Assembly: GCA_951406725.2 (NCBI GenBank)
Contig: OX597816.1
Span: forward strand, 121,396,001-121,460,000
Length of the DNA stretch: 64,000 bases
Source: Octopus vulgaris
Lineage: Eukaryota
Direction of reading: 5' to 3'
How positions within the stretch are numbered: position 1 is the first letter of the stretch; each line of letters begins with the position of its first letter. Position numbers and translations under genes: made by a program. This document shows positions 27,040 to 41,485 of the stretch, in pieces. The notes beneath the pieces are model-generated. The model had not been told where the DNA came from and ran no database searches. It saw nothing but the letters and a program-made list of their open reading frames with translations.

Positions 27040-27230
27040 ACTGGTTTCAAATTTTGGTACCAGTCAGCAATTTCGATGGAGGTGATGGGTCGATTTCAAC
27101 AATGTTGGTGCTCAACTGTTGCTTTATTTTATTGACCCCAAAAGGACGAAACTCAGAACATAAAGACAGACAAAATGCCACTAAGCATTTCTTCTGGTGT
27201 GCTAACAATTCTGTCAGCTTGTCACCTTAA
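27040..27230 (-). mobile_element. SINE family A copy with internal deletion
   Basis: ggtttcaaattttgg...gaccccaaaagga...ctcagaac...ctaagcattt. Confidence 0.75.
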
Positions 27231-28083
27231 CACATACAATGAATTGAAATTGTTGATTAACCCCAGATTAGCTCTAACTGAACTGGTTTATTGCTCAAAG
27301 GCTATTCAACCATTGCTTATCTTGTCTATTTTTTATTTTCTTTCTTTTGAAAGGTCAAGATTATGTAGGACTGCATAACCCAATATTTCCTTCCTTTGTT
27401 AAGATTAAGATTGATTGTAGGGTGTGATTCAAAGAAAATTTAGCTGTTATTTCTAACAGTTTGAGTGATAGTGCTTAGATTTGGTTGCTCTTCTTGACAT
27501 TGTCTGCTTGACTTTGAAGTGCAAGTAGCATTTTTTATCATATCACCTGATTCACTGAAACTAGTTTAGTCATGTTGCTACTATTGTTTAGCTCCAGCTT
27601 GGCTTCAACTAACCTGACCTTCTACAACAATCAAAGATTTTCCAGTCATGATCACCCAGTCTTTTCATTTACTTATTCTTTTGCATTCAGTAGATCTAAT
27701 CCAATACTATATTGTCCAACATGTTTTTTTATCCTTTAAAATGGTATAGTATGATTTGAGTGGGATTTATCTGTTATTTCTAGTCTGTTGAGGTTCTCTC
27801 TTTTTGATCTCTACATTGAATCATGTTTCAATACAAGGATATTTGTATTGGTACTTGAGATGAAGAATTTAGCATTTTGATAAAGGAAATCATTTGGAAA
27901 TAATGACACAAAGCATGTTAAAACTGTGATCTGAAGTTTAGTGGAACTGAGGGTTGGGTAGCAGAGCTTTTAGGTTGGAGTAAGTGCCTGTCAATAAAGC
28001 CATTGTCGTTGGAGTTCATCAGTGATCTAGAAATGAAATGAAAATTTTCAAATGTGTCCATTTCTCATCTGACATCTAAGGTT

Positions 28084-28131
28084 TATACCAGAAAATATAA
28101 ATTAGTATATACCAGAAAATATAAATTAGTA
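28084..28131. repeat. 24-bp perfect tandem duplication
   Basis: tataccagaaaatataaattagta x2. Confidence 0.9.
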
Positions 28132-30730
28132 GTCCGAAACTTACAAAGCCATCATAACTTATACCATCTGTCACTTTTATTTTAATACTATTTTAGTACT
28201 GTTATGTGTTTGTTATTGTGGTTTCTCCTTTTAGCTAGGCATGAAGAAGTAGAACTTATAGCTTTACTGACATCTCTGCCTGCTTGATGAGATTCATGGA
28301 ATTGATGTTCGGCTTGAATTTCCCACTGGTTGTTGCTGTTAATATGAATGTATGTCTGTACGTATATGTAAGAAAGAAAGACAGAGAGAATACTAAGGAT
28401 TGAAGTTCTAGGAGAAAAGATTTGAGTGAAAGGTATGGTTTTTTTCTTGGGTAAGTGTAGACTAGGAATTCCAAGAGACAGAGCATTAGATAGAATTTGG
28501 TGTAAGGTGATACAATTTTACCTATTCAAAGGAACACAAAGTGTTGTAAGAAAGGAAAATACATTGGTGTGTAAATGGTTCTAATGCTTTTGTGGGAAAA
28601 ACTTTATCAGATGTAAGTCAATCTGTAATGTTTGTGAGTATAACAACTCCTTTGTCCCTAATATATGAGCTATTGTCCAGTGTCCAATGAACAATGTTTC
28701 TCAAAATTGGTCAATAATTACTGTTCAGTAACTTCTGGCTTTTAGGGATATGGTTTTTAAGCAAACAATTTTATTTTAATCTTTAAAATGTTTTTAAATT
28801 TTTAAAAATGGCTTCAGTACCTTTGTAAAACTCTTATCTCCCTTGTCTCAAAGATGCTTTTCATTACTGAAAAAATATTCATCTAATTTCTGGTTATATG
28901 ATTTTCTGTCATTGTCTCACTTAACTCTTTAGTTTATGTTAGTTTACTTAGGTTCAAAGCTTTTTCTTCTTCCCTATATATATAAAATTAAATAAAAGAT
29001 AGACTGTCAAATTTTTATGAAGTTTCCTCTGAGTGTATGACTTCAATTTTACACACACACTTTTATAAATTAGAATTTATTGTCAAATGTAATTAACACA
29101 GCTCTTGTTCTGATATTAAAATGGATGTTGTAAATAGTTATAACAGCGAAATAATAATGTCTGTAATCTCCTTCTCACCTGGTTCAAGTGCTATTGACAT
29201 AGTTTTTAATATAAACAGTTACTACTCAACTATCCTGTCTACTGTTAACTTTTCACCTTGGTCATCTGACCTTGACATAGATAATAATGTATGTTAGCAG
29301 AGTGTCACACTGTCTACTGCCACCTTTCAGCTCTGTTCAGCTGCCATTATGCTAGATTTTAATGTAAACAAGTTCCAAAGTATTATAGAGCCACACTATC
29401 CATAGTTACCTTTTGACCAATTCCAAGATGTCATTGACTTAGATATTAGTTCAGAAATAACAAACGATGATATTAACCAGCATAGTAGCATAGTTGACTC
29501 TGTTCCATTTCCCATTTCGTTTTTAAAAATAAGAATACTAACAAATGTGTTAGCAAATTCTATTTCTCCAAATTGCATTTAAACTTTGAAATATCTGCCA
29601 ACAATAATATATAATGCTCATTGATATGTCTTAAATATTTGAAGAATATGTTATTTATATATTTATATGGTAACTTGTTTCTTTATTCATAAAATGTATT
29701 CTAAAATATAAGTTTTTCTTAATTCTTTTCTAAAATGATATGCCAAACAGAAAGCTGTTTCACACCATATTCTACTTTACAGGTTTTAATTTTAAATATC
29801 CTCAAGTAAGTCAAACTTAAGAGACCAAGATCCAACAATTAGCTCTTAGCTGTCTTTTTTAAAAAAAGTAATAATAATGATAAAAAAGAACATTTTCATT
29901 TTACCTACTGGGTGTTTTAGTGCTGAATCAAGTTATAAAGCTGAATGACTTCAACTTTAAATATTCAACTGAAAAAAAAAAATGATAGAATTAGTACTAA
30001 TATTCCTGAAGATAGATGGTATACACGTCTCTTGAGAATATACTGCCTTGCTTGGAAATCTCATTGAATCATCAGAAACTGTAGGACATTTTTCAATAGG
30101 AAACAACTTACTAATCTGAAAATAAATTGTACTAGCATTTGGTTCTTGGTAGCATGCAGGAATAACTGGCCTAAAATTCTGTTCAAAACTAGTTTGTAAT
30201 TCCAACTGTGATTGCTTCTCAGGAAACGGGTTTTTATAGATATTTGTGTAATGTTCGTATCCAAGCAACAGTCACTCCTAGAAACAAAATTCATCCCAGT
30301 GTCCCACCCATAATTTATCAATGTACTTGACTGTCAATCAAGTAACTACTAATTATATGTAGAAAAATCTTGGAAGAATGGCTATCTGGATTTAATTATT
30401 GCAGGACAGGGATTCTCAAGCCTAGGTATGCAACAAACACTCCAAGAATATATGAAATTTGTAAAAACTTTAAAGCTATTACAACCCACTACTTTTCAAT
30501 AGTACATCGTCAGATTTAGTAAAGAGTATTATAAAATTACTGTTTGGAAGTTTTTACTTCCAAATATAATAATTTACGAGAAATTGTACATTTGTCTATT
30601 TAGATGGTAAACCCATTGTATCATATTATCGTATTAAGACGTTTTACTATATATTCTTCACGAGGCATACGTATGATAACACGGTTGGATATGATAAGTG
30701 AATACTCTGGAAGAAAAACTTTGAGAAGTC

Positions 30731-30955
30731 CTAGCTGACAGAATCGTTAGCACACCGGGCGAAATGCTTAGCGGCATTTCGTCTGCTGTTACGTTCTGAG
30801 TTCAAATTCCGCCGAGGTCGACTTTGCCTTTCATCCTTTCGGGGTCGATTAAATAAGTACTAGTTACGCACTGGGGTCGATGTAATCGACTTAATACCTA
30901 TGTCTGTCCTTGTTTGTCCCCTCTGTGTTTAGCCCCTTGTGGGTAGTAAAGAAAT
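30731..30955 (+). mobile_element. Young SINE family A copy
   Basis: Near-identical to 19851-20081, including the tail tgtctgtccttgtttgtcccctct...taaagaaat. Confidence 0.92.
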
Positions 30956-31829
30956 ATATACTGATTTCCCTCTAACCAAAGATACATTGTACTCTAGTAA
31001 CTTGTACATTTACTTACATCACTTTCATGGATATGATTGAACTAATATCTTAATCTCTACTTGAGTGTTTTTTATTTCAAATCTTGAAAATGTTTGTTAC
31101 AAGCAAGTACTCATAGATGCAAACTTTCTAGTCCTCAGAACTGATACCGACCAAGGTCGGATGATATGGTGCAATGCAATCTTCTTGTACGTCTTTTAAA
31201 AATTGTTTATTGCCGCAATGTTTTTGACATTTTAGCCTGATTTTGTTTACCGTCACTCAGTCTTTTGATTTCTTTTTATTTCACTTCAATATTTAGTGAC
31301 ATACATGCACCAGTGGTGGCGATGGGGACTGTCGTGATAAGCCATTTACCTCTATAATCATTTTAACGACTAGTGTACTTGCACAACTGTGGACTTTATC
31401 AAATACTCTTCAAAGTTTATGAGCCCCACCACCATCAAACCAGTGCACCATCACCACTACTCGAAAAATAAATAAATGAAATAAAAATAAAATTAGTGTT
31501 CACCCACCATCACTAACACATCGCACTCTTCTCTTACTGCTAGCAGCTACCGTAGACTGTTTAGACAGTTAAGTAAGTTGTAATGTGTGCACACATATAC
31601 TGGTAATGACGGACACACGCAGACATGCATACATATACATACATATTACGTGAAAGCTTTGGTTCCAGGCTTGCTTCCACATCAAACTAATCTCTGCCAC
31701 TGATATGATGCAAAATCAAGACCAATTTAAAGCAATCTATATTTAAACTTAGTGATAATAAATGTGAGTGGAAGTTTACTGTTTTCTATTTTGGTAGGGG
31801 CTAAAACATTTTGTTTATGGCAGCATAAG

Positions 31830-31865
<36 letters not shown>

Positions 31866-32099
31866 AACACACACACAATATGCACCAACATGTCTATATA
31901 CATGCAGACATAAACACATGCATCTAACATTTTAATACAGGCTACGGAATTTTTGTATTAGTTATCAGTGTTATTACTTTTATAGTTTTGCTTGTTTGTT
32001 ACATACTCTTAATGTGATATTAATGCTTGTCTGTCTGTTCCCCCCCTTCTCTCTATCTTTCTTTCTTTACACACACACACACTCGTCCCTCCCCCCCTC

Positions 32100-33100
32100 T
32101 CTCTCATTCTATTCTTGTTGGCACACCTGGAAAGGTTTCTTAGCTTCTGTCAGACTCAACTTTGCCACATAATTTAATTGAACAAGCAGGGAGTAGGCAA
32201 GGAACAGCGAAGCTATTTGTACACAGGCAATTAGGACCAAACCTTTATACATACATACATACATACACACACATAAATGTGTGTGTCTATATGTCTATAT
32301 ATATATATATATATATATATGGAAAAACGCCTTAGTAATAATGGAGCCACTTAATTAGTGGTGGGCTGTTGTTAATATCTTTTTGTTTTGTTTTCATTTT
32401 ACTGTCCCAGTCTCTCCCTCACCCTTCTTTTGTCTCCTATAAATCTTTATTCAGTCTGCTTCATGTGTGAAGCAATCTCCTGTCCCCCACCTCAAATCCT
32501 AATCACTAATCTCCACCACTGCTGCTCTGCCACGGCAGAGGTTGTATGTGTATATCTCTCTCTTTCTTTCTCTATATGCTTACTATTCTGTGTTCATATA
32601 CGTGTGTGTGTGTGTGCTTTCGTGCGTGCGTGCACATATGAATGTAAACAGGGTCACCTGTAAAACTTACATTCAAGTACTGTTTACTAAACCAACTTCT
32701 CCCCCCCCCTTTCCCTCCGATATATCCGGTAGAGAAGTTTCGCGGAGGAGCGCAGCGAAACCAGGCAAATGTCTGTAAGCTAAGTGTCAACAGAGACAGC
32801 CTGTTGCTTATGACCGGATAGCAAACAGATAAAACTCAACTACAGAAAGAAAATCCTGTAGGTGTTTTCTTTTTTAAATTAGAAACAGGTTTAACATTAT
32901 ATTTCGGTGGGGTAGAGGAACAAAGAAAAACAAATGTGTAAAGGACATAAATAACAAGCGAAAACAACAACAAAAACAAACTAAAAAAAAATAACAGGCG
33001 GTTGAGAGAAACTGTTTGACTCTTAGCCAAATCAGGGCCTGGAGTTTGTTTTTAGATCTTTTCCCCCTTTTCAGTGGATTCCCATCATTCTGAAGGAGTT
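32100..33100. promoter_or_regulatory. Candidate intragenic promoter or enhancer core
   Basis: Mostly non-repetitive block with a GC/CpG-rich core (cgcggaggagcgcagcg at 32741) inside a locally CpG-retained domain. Confidence 0.4.
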
Positions 33101-33738
33101 TACAAAAACAAATACAATAGTTTGTGCAATAATACCTGCTACTGCTGCTTCATTGTCAAAACTTAACACTTTGGTTATTAGTTAATAGAATTAGTGTCAA
33201 GGAATATTTTTTTATTTTTTTATTTAGATTTTACTTTTGATTGCGTTGTGGTAATTTATTTTTAACTCTGCAAACAGTCTGATCTACACCTATTGGAAGC
33301 CAGTGTAATGGTTACTGAATGCTGAATCGTTATCGTTAGTTGCTGTTTCAGGTTTTAAGCATCATCCCCTGTTAAACATTCATTTACGATGTTTATTATT
33401 GTTGTTCTGTGTGTGGTTAGCTAAGCAGAACTGACACGGACTGGATTTCTATTTACTTCCTTAAGCCTTGTTCTGAAGCCAAATATCTCATCGCTAAATT
33501 TGCCTGCACATATTTCGAAGAACATTATTTTTACCATATAGATGTTTCTGATGACCATAATAATAGTTAGTTAAGATTGTTTGTTTCACCAGTCTCGAAG
33601 AACATGTTATCTTATTTTGGTCGAGCAGATGAGAATACGCCCTTACTCGATTTAAAGAAAATAGGCGCACAAATCTCCCTCAAGTAACACTAGTCTCTCA
33701 AAGGAAGAAACAATGCAGGCATACCTACACCAATTTTA

Positions 33739-33966
33739 TTTCCTCATAGCTTTCAGAAAAATAAAGATATTTTTTAATGAAATTTTCTAGAAATATGCTC
33801 CAGGTGGTGTTGATTACGATTATATCGGAATTTTTTGTGGGGAGAGGAAATTTGTGAAATTCACTCGAGTCAGCTTTGTTTCCTCATAACTTTCAGGAAA
33901 ATGGGTAATTTTTAATGAAATTTTCTAATTCTTTCAGAGGTGTATATTACGGTTATACCCGAATTT
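33739..33966. repeat. Diverged direct repeat with ~140-bp period, probably transposon-internal
   Basis: ttcctcata.ctttcag...ttttaatgaaattttcta...ggtg...attacg.ttata...gaattt occurs twice. Confidence 0.7.
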
Positions 33967-34013
33967 AATTTAAAAATTTAAAAACATAAGTGGCGGAATC
34001 GTACACATACTGA

Positions 34014-34175
<162 letters not shown>

Positions 34176-34752
34176 TAAGCTTTAAGAAGGCTAAATTTTT
34201 GATACAAACCTTATTACAATTGATAGATTTTAAGGACTTTCCAAAAATAAGTTTTCTCTTACTAGGATTTTACATTTGGAAAAGAATCATCTATAATGAA
34301 CAGAATTAGAACTATTTACACTTATACTTAATCTATGGCTATTTGGTACACTGATATATTTGTGGCAAATAGAACCTGTGATCAATTCCTTATCAGGAGA
34401 ACTAACTCTTTAATTCTATGCCTTTAAGTAATAACTATATTAGTATTGTATTAACAATTGACATGATACAAGAGTGAAGTTCATGGTAAATAGGATCCAT
34501 CATTTAATTTCAATTCAAAGATAAAGTGGCTTCACTTTTGCACCCCAAGTTTGAAATTTTTTGTTTTACTCCAACAACATTTTTCTAAAATCTCAACCAC
34601 ATCTAGCTTCATATAACAGATATATATATATAAAACTAGTTGTAAGTATCACTTTGGAACATTGTCATGTTGAAAACAATATTTTACCTTGTTTTCTATC
34701 TGTGTTGGTTGTCTTTATACAACTGGTATCTTTCATTGAAAGACTACATGAA

Positions 34753-34790
<38 letters not shown>

Positions 34791-34824
34791 TAGGAAGGGC
34801 ATATATATATATGTGTGTGTGTGT

Positions 34825-34972
34825 TAGGAAGGGCATCCAGCTGTAGAAACTCTGCCAGATCAGATTGGAGTCTGGTGCAGCCATCTGGTTCGCCAGTCCT
34901 CAGTCAGATTGTCCAACCCATGCTAGCATGGAAAGCAGACGTTAAACGATGATGATGGTGATGATGATGATA
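34825..34972 (+). mobile_element. Family B repeat 3' end with (GAT)n tail
   Basis: ttaggaagggcatccagctgtagaaac...aacccatgctagcatggaaagcagacgttaaacgatgatg. Confidence 0.85.
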
Positions 34973-35661
34973 TAATTAAAGACTCAAAGTGTTTGGTTAG
35001 CAAACTGAGAGGACCCTTTTGTCTGGTTGAGAATTTGACAATCTTTTCTTGTGTTGGTACTATGAAAAATTGCTGCCACAGATACCTACTGAAATAGAAT
35101 GTGTTAGCAAGGCACATCTGACATATCTAGGAGGGCAATAAATAATTCCTAATAAAAATTTATTTGAACTGTGGTAATTTCAACCTATGTCAACCAGGGA
35201 AGTAGTTATAAAGTGGTGATAGTTAACTATTTTCTTTCTCTATTTCTGTTGAAATATGCTGCCATTGTTTCAGTTTGAGACAAAGTTGACTTTGGTAGGA
35301 TTTGAACTGAAGAACAGCAAGTCAAAACAAATACCACGGAATTTTCAGTCTTATACCCTTACAATTCAGCCAACTTACTACTTTGTAAACATAGTATAAA
35401 GATCCTAATTGCTATAGATATTTTGTTAAGCAAAAATGCTATGGGACATTCAAACAGGAGCTAAAAATGAACATAGCTCTATGTTTTAGGTAGAAAATTT
35501 TTTAATGAGATGCCACTCCCAATTCACAGTGGTTAAGAGTTGTAAACATGAATTAATCTGATAAAAGTAACCATTTATAAAAGCGATAACTTCTTTGAAT
35601 TCTGATTGCAATTTCTTCATATATTTTCCCTTGTTTTCAATGAAAGCTCACTAACTTTCAC

Positions 35662-35695
<34 letters not shown>

Positions 35696-38600
35696 CTTTG
35701 ATCTTAACCAAAAGGCCAAGAAGCACCACTTCACAATATGGTTTGGGATTCAGTCCCACTGCATACCACCTTAAGGAAATGTTCTCTGTAGTCTTGGGCC
35801 AACCAAAAACTTGTAAATGGATTTAGTGGACAATAATTTAAAAAAAACATTATAGATATGTGTAAGTATATGTGTGTGTATATATATATATATATTGCGC
35901 TCACAGTGTTCTTGAGCAAAACACTTCGTTTCAGGTTGTTCCAGTTTACTCAGCTGCAAATTGGTAATCCTGTGATTGAATAGCCTTCCAACCAAGGGAA
36001 ATATTGGCATGTTTACCTAACATGTGAGGTGGAATCATTCAAAAGCTAAAGCAATGTGAAACACATCAGACAACATCTGAAAGTCTAGTTGATACCATGA
36101 TATATACTTAATTATTTATATTTACATATATACAATATATAAACATGTGTGTGCATATATTTCCATACTTTTGTTATAATTACTTGGGGAAAAAAACTTT
36201 TACTAAAGTAACTACGAAGCTGGATTTTTGGATAATGCTATCCCACCACACACTTGTATTTCCCTTTTAACCCAAAGCTTTAAATCTAGCATTTTATCCA
36301 AAGTATTTTGTACAAAAGTCTAAATGCACCAACATATTACTTTAATTTAGAAATTAACAATTTGTTTGATACTTGCTTGAAATTTTATGATAAATTTCAT
36401 ACAGCTAAATTTAGCTGTTGGTAGCCATTGAAAAATTAGTAATTGGTGTGTAGTTAGTCATCATCACATCTACACATCTGACTGCATTGCAAGTAGTCTT
36501 GCTGCAGAGAGTCTCTCTCCTATATGTTACATACTTAAATCTCTAGCTGTAATGGCTGAAGTTTTTAACAGCTGAGGATTTGTTTATTGCTATAGTAAAT
36601 TGAATTTGGAAAGCCTGAAATCTTGAAATGATTTTTTTTCATTACTGTAATTAGCTTTATTCAAACATTTTTTTTTTCTTTTTACATCATCTATTTTACC
36701 CATTTATTATGAAAGTTTTGTCTATTAAGATGTTTAGTAAATATTTTAATTTAATATACTTGACTGGATTAATTTAAGGATGCTCATTCAGTTTACAAGC
36801 TATGAAAACACTTATTTCACTAATTTTAACAATCCTGATAATACTCTGATGTCAGATTAGCTTTCACATCTTATTCAAGTAAAAAATTTTAAAGCTTGTG
36901 AAATGTTCAAGAGACTTCTGGTAATAATCAATTAAGATATTACGTAGAACAAACATTTCAAAGTAGCTCAAGATTTTGCTCTAATTAAACATATTTTCTC
37001 TTTCTAATTTTAGCATTTATTTACACAACGGATGATCAAAATTCACATCTGTTCAAACTATCTATCACAGCAGTGTTTCTCTAAACTTTTGGGATAGCTC
37101 TTCGCATTTAATGTACGATTAACATATAACATCATGTAAAGATATCTGACAACTATCTACTGCCAAAATATATTAAAACTGTAACAAATGTGTATTGGTG
37201 AAGGATATGGTCTATTATGTATTTTAGCTTTATACTCTACAAGTATTCTATCGAATGTGGTTTTAAAATTTTAGATCTTTCTGATATTTGAAAATAATGT
37301 AACTGGAACCCAAAATGAAAATAATAAAACTTTCTATAGAGGCCAGGAAAACAATCATTGAGAAATGTTTTGGGGATTCACAGATGTCTTATCCAAGAGT
37401 TGGTTTGTTCCATCCATTAATGCTATGAAGTTGAGTCTCTAAAGAAATGGCTTGTATGAGATTTTCTGGAATTTTGTAACCTTCCTTTTTTATCATATCT
37501 TATATACACATGTATATGTTTGTATATGTATGCATGTACAGAATGTATGTATACATGTGTGTTTATAAATTCTATTTGTCAATAATCATGTTTAAATACA
37601 GTGTCTTATGAACTAAAACTCATGTTTCATTAAGTTTAATGAAGAACAGTTTCAATGAAGTTCCTTGTTTCCTTTGTTATTGAGAAATATTAATAGTCCT
37701 TGTTAGAATGAAAAAGTATAAGGAATGAGTTAAGTTTCCTCAAATGGCTATTGAAACCATGCTGCATGTTTGACTTTCTAGAAGTTAATCATCACTTTAC
37801 AGGCCTGAGTTGTTGAATTGCACAGCGCAAAGTAAAATCAAAAGTGATATACCAATTAAAACAATTCCCTTAAATTAGTGGCATTATTAACTGGTTTAAA
37901 CTTTAATTAGTATTTTGTTGAACTGAATATAATTTAAAGATTGCAAAAGTATTTCTTTTATAAACAGCTGGCTGTGGTGGGAGAGAATGAACTAAATGTG
38001 AAAATCAAGTATTCTTGGACTATTTTAATTAGTCTTTTCTAAGCAGTAATTATAAGTTCTGCATTTGATATGGGTTTATTTTAATTCTTCCATCTATTAA
38101 TTAAAGTTATCAGTTGTAGATTTAAATAAGCATTTCATGTTGAAATTTACTTTTTATTCTTCATTCATATGCAACTCTTTATTCTAGTAATATTATGGAC
38201 TGTTTATTCTTCCTTTTTGTGAAATGATTTGGAGAGAAATCAAGATTTTGTTGTTAGTATTATTTATCTTGTAAATCCGACTTGTATGTACTGTTCCTCC
38301 ATGACTGATAATGCAGCAGCTTGTCTGGAACTGTAATTACATGTATGTAATTAATTTCTTGTTACTAGAGAAGTGTATAGCTAGCCTCATCTTTTCTGTT
38401 TCAGTCCCTGTCATATTTTGATGGGTGCATTTAAGCATCATATCGCTACACAATGCATGCACACACACTTGCACACAGACACACACATGTGTGCAGCTTT
38501 GAGCAATGATGAGCTGGAGAAAACTTAAGTAGAGCAAGAAAATAGATTGATTTTGAAAACAAAGCTAGAGTTAAGTTCCATGAAATTCATATTACTTTGT

Positions 38601-39458
38601 TACTATTATAATATTTATATGTAGCATAATGTAAAACAAATCATGGTTGTATATCTACTATTGTATAACAATGATATGACAGAGTGACAGTTATGTAGAT
38701 GTTGTGTGATACCATCTTTACTTTTGTATGGTCATAATGTGACTATATTTTATATGATATGATAAAATATATGACATAATTATGGCATGTCATATTTACT
38801 ATTAAATTATAATACACTAACACTTTCTAGTCAAATAAATCATCATTTAAGAAAAAAAATTCTTCCCAAATTTAGTTACCTGATGGCTTTTAAAAGACCA
38901 CATTCCACATTGCCCATAACAATATTCTTATTTTGTGTGTGTATATGAGAAATATGCATGCTCATATATTTGTAAATAAATCTTGTTTCTCCATTTTAGC
39001 ATGAATTTGTTGGTTCTAAAAACAACTTCAGTATTTGCACAAAAGTTTGATGTGAGTTTTCTTATTAGCATTGAGTACTGTTCCTAACACTGAACACTCG
39101 AATGTGAAATATGTATTTTCAATGTAGCCTGAAGAATGCAATGTAAATAGATTTTGCTTATGATCCTAACACCAAGTCTGTGGTTCAGTGTGAAACTGAT
39201 AATCTTTCGTGGTATGTTGTAGAGAACTTTGATCAGTCAGTTACCAAGTCTTAACAGCTCACTCATCATTTAGCCACCTTCATACTTACTTGCAGCCAAA
39301 TCTTGGGAAAGGAGAAAAACAAAAACAAAAAAAAATCTAGAAAGACAATTAGTTATAACAGCATGTATTTATGAAGACTGGCAATTTTTGGCACTGAAGA
39401 TTTTGTTTTATCATTGCTTCAAAGGCTTCTGAGGCTGGAGATTTGATATGATGCTAAA

Positions 39459-39511
<53 letters not shown>

Positions 39512-41485
39512 GCACACGCACGCACATACATTAAGAAACCTTACATTTAATGTGACATCACAGTCAATGAGTTATCTGGGGTGTGGTTAGCATTAACTAA
39601 TCTAAAAATGCTGAATGAAGAGAAAAATCCTGTTTCCAATATTCTAATATTGTTGCATATTTTCTTGTAACTGAAACAAAGTTCTGGAACAACAGGCATC
39701 AGTATTTTATTACCTGTCTTCTCAGTAATAATGATGGAAATCATGTCAAGTAGATTTTATACTTCCTTTATCTCAAAAAGTCTTTACCTGATAGTCTCTC
39801 TCTGCTTTTTTTGTAAAAGTTTTCTCAGTATTCTAGTTGTTACTTTTCTTACATGAAAGTCAGTTGTTTCTTTTTGTTTTGTTTTTTTCTTTATAGTTTG
39901 TTCCCAGCCAAACTGCCTCAGATAAGCTTTTTTTTTTTTTTTGTTAATTATTCTGCTTCGCCCTGAAATATTAAATGTTTTATTTATATATTTATTTATT
40001 GTGTTCTTCATCGTATTTGTATGTGTGTGTGTGTGTGTTTGAAGGACATCTTTCAAGTTGATTATAAGACAATTTACTATGACTCTTTGTATTTCAGAAG
40101 CAGAGAAACAGATACAGACAGACAAAACAGGGAACTACAGATTCCACCTAAGTATGAGTTTAAAATAGCTCACTCAAGCTGTGATTGTCTCCCCAACCCA
40201 ACCCGGCCCTCAGCTCCCTACCCTGTCCATCTAGTGCCTACAATACTACATGGGGAGGCCATTCCATTTTATTTTCTGTTTGTATGCACATTAGAAGGAT
40301 GCTATTTATTGTTCATGTGCTTGTAACATTTTGTGTTGTCACATTTTCATTATATGGCTAATAGTAATAACTCATTGTATAGGCAGATAAACATCAAGCA
40401 TAATTTGTTGGGAACTTTATGTGGTCTCTTAGCAACTTCCCATTGAAACATGTAGGATAATTCTGTTATAGTTGAAAGGTTAATGTTCAAGTTGGGGAAA
40501 AAAATGGAAAAACCCCACTGTAATGTATTTGAATTTTTCTATTGAAGATATTTCTTTCCACTAAATTCTAGAAATACGTTGTCTGGCATAAAAGCTTGAT
40601 AATATAATGCTAGGCGTTTTACCATGTATCTGTCTTATAGTTTCATATTCTTTTGTATAGATGTGTAATTTTTATCCAAATAGATTTCATTTAGATTTTA
40701 TAAACTTGATATATCAGTTGCATTTTGTAGGTGTCCTGTTTTGATGTTGTTATTGGTTCTATGCATGGATGTTGTGTGTATATCTATCGTTTAATCAATT
40801 TGATTATTTGATGTGACTTTAATGGAGATCATGTTTGAATTTCACCTGTGATATTTATCCATCAACTGTTTTCAGTCTCTCTTTTTATCATAACACTGTA
40901 GTGGTTTAGTTGCTATAAGCTTTATCAAAGGCAAGGTCATAGTTAATATGTACTACCACTGTCTACTGTTTATTAACAAATACTATTTTGTTCCAATGTT
41001 CCAACCTTCTTGATTTGTTCCTTGCTAAATATTCTGATTCTCACCTCAACCAACACTCTAGAACTGCATGTCTTATAACAGTAATATTTTCGCTATAAGA
41101 AATATAATTCCAAATCAATGAATACAAAATAAATTTTTTATTCTAAACATATCTTCTTATGAGACTCAGTCAGGGGTGGATTGTTCAGGCACCCCACCTT
41201 TTTTCTCTTTTTTTTTCTATGATGGCCAAGTCAAAGGACAATGGGCAGTGCTCACCTCTGACCTTCTCACTGAGCCTCTGCAACTATCGGTGAGAAGAGG
41301 AGAGTATTCTGATATTTTCAGAGTAGGTATCAAATCCAAATCCTTATAACAGGGTGCAGTCTGCTAAAAGTACTCAAGAACCAAGTGTGGTGTTAAACCA
41401 GGTGACAAATTAAGTCCACCATTGAAATTAAAGTCTACCTTCTTGAGCTACAAAAACACTTATGCAATATATATGTTTATTTTCA

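Noticed and set aside
27900-28560. Possible decayed retroelement
   Set aside because: No diagnostic motif could be read.
19851-30955. Using the two young SINE A copies as methylation reporters
   Set aside because: Both show a few CpG losses, and the difference is too small to support a claim.
32769-32780. ATG TCT followed by GTAAGC as an alternative first coding exon
   Set aside because: It is phase 0, incompatible with the phase-2 downstream YAP exon, and the donor context is weak.
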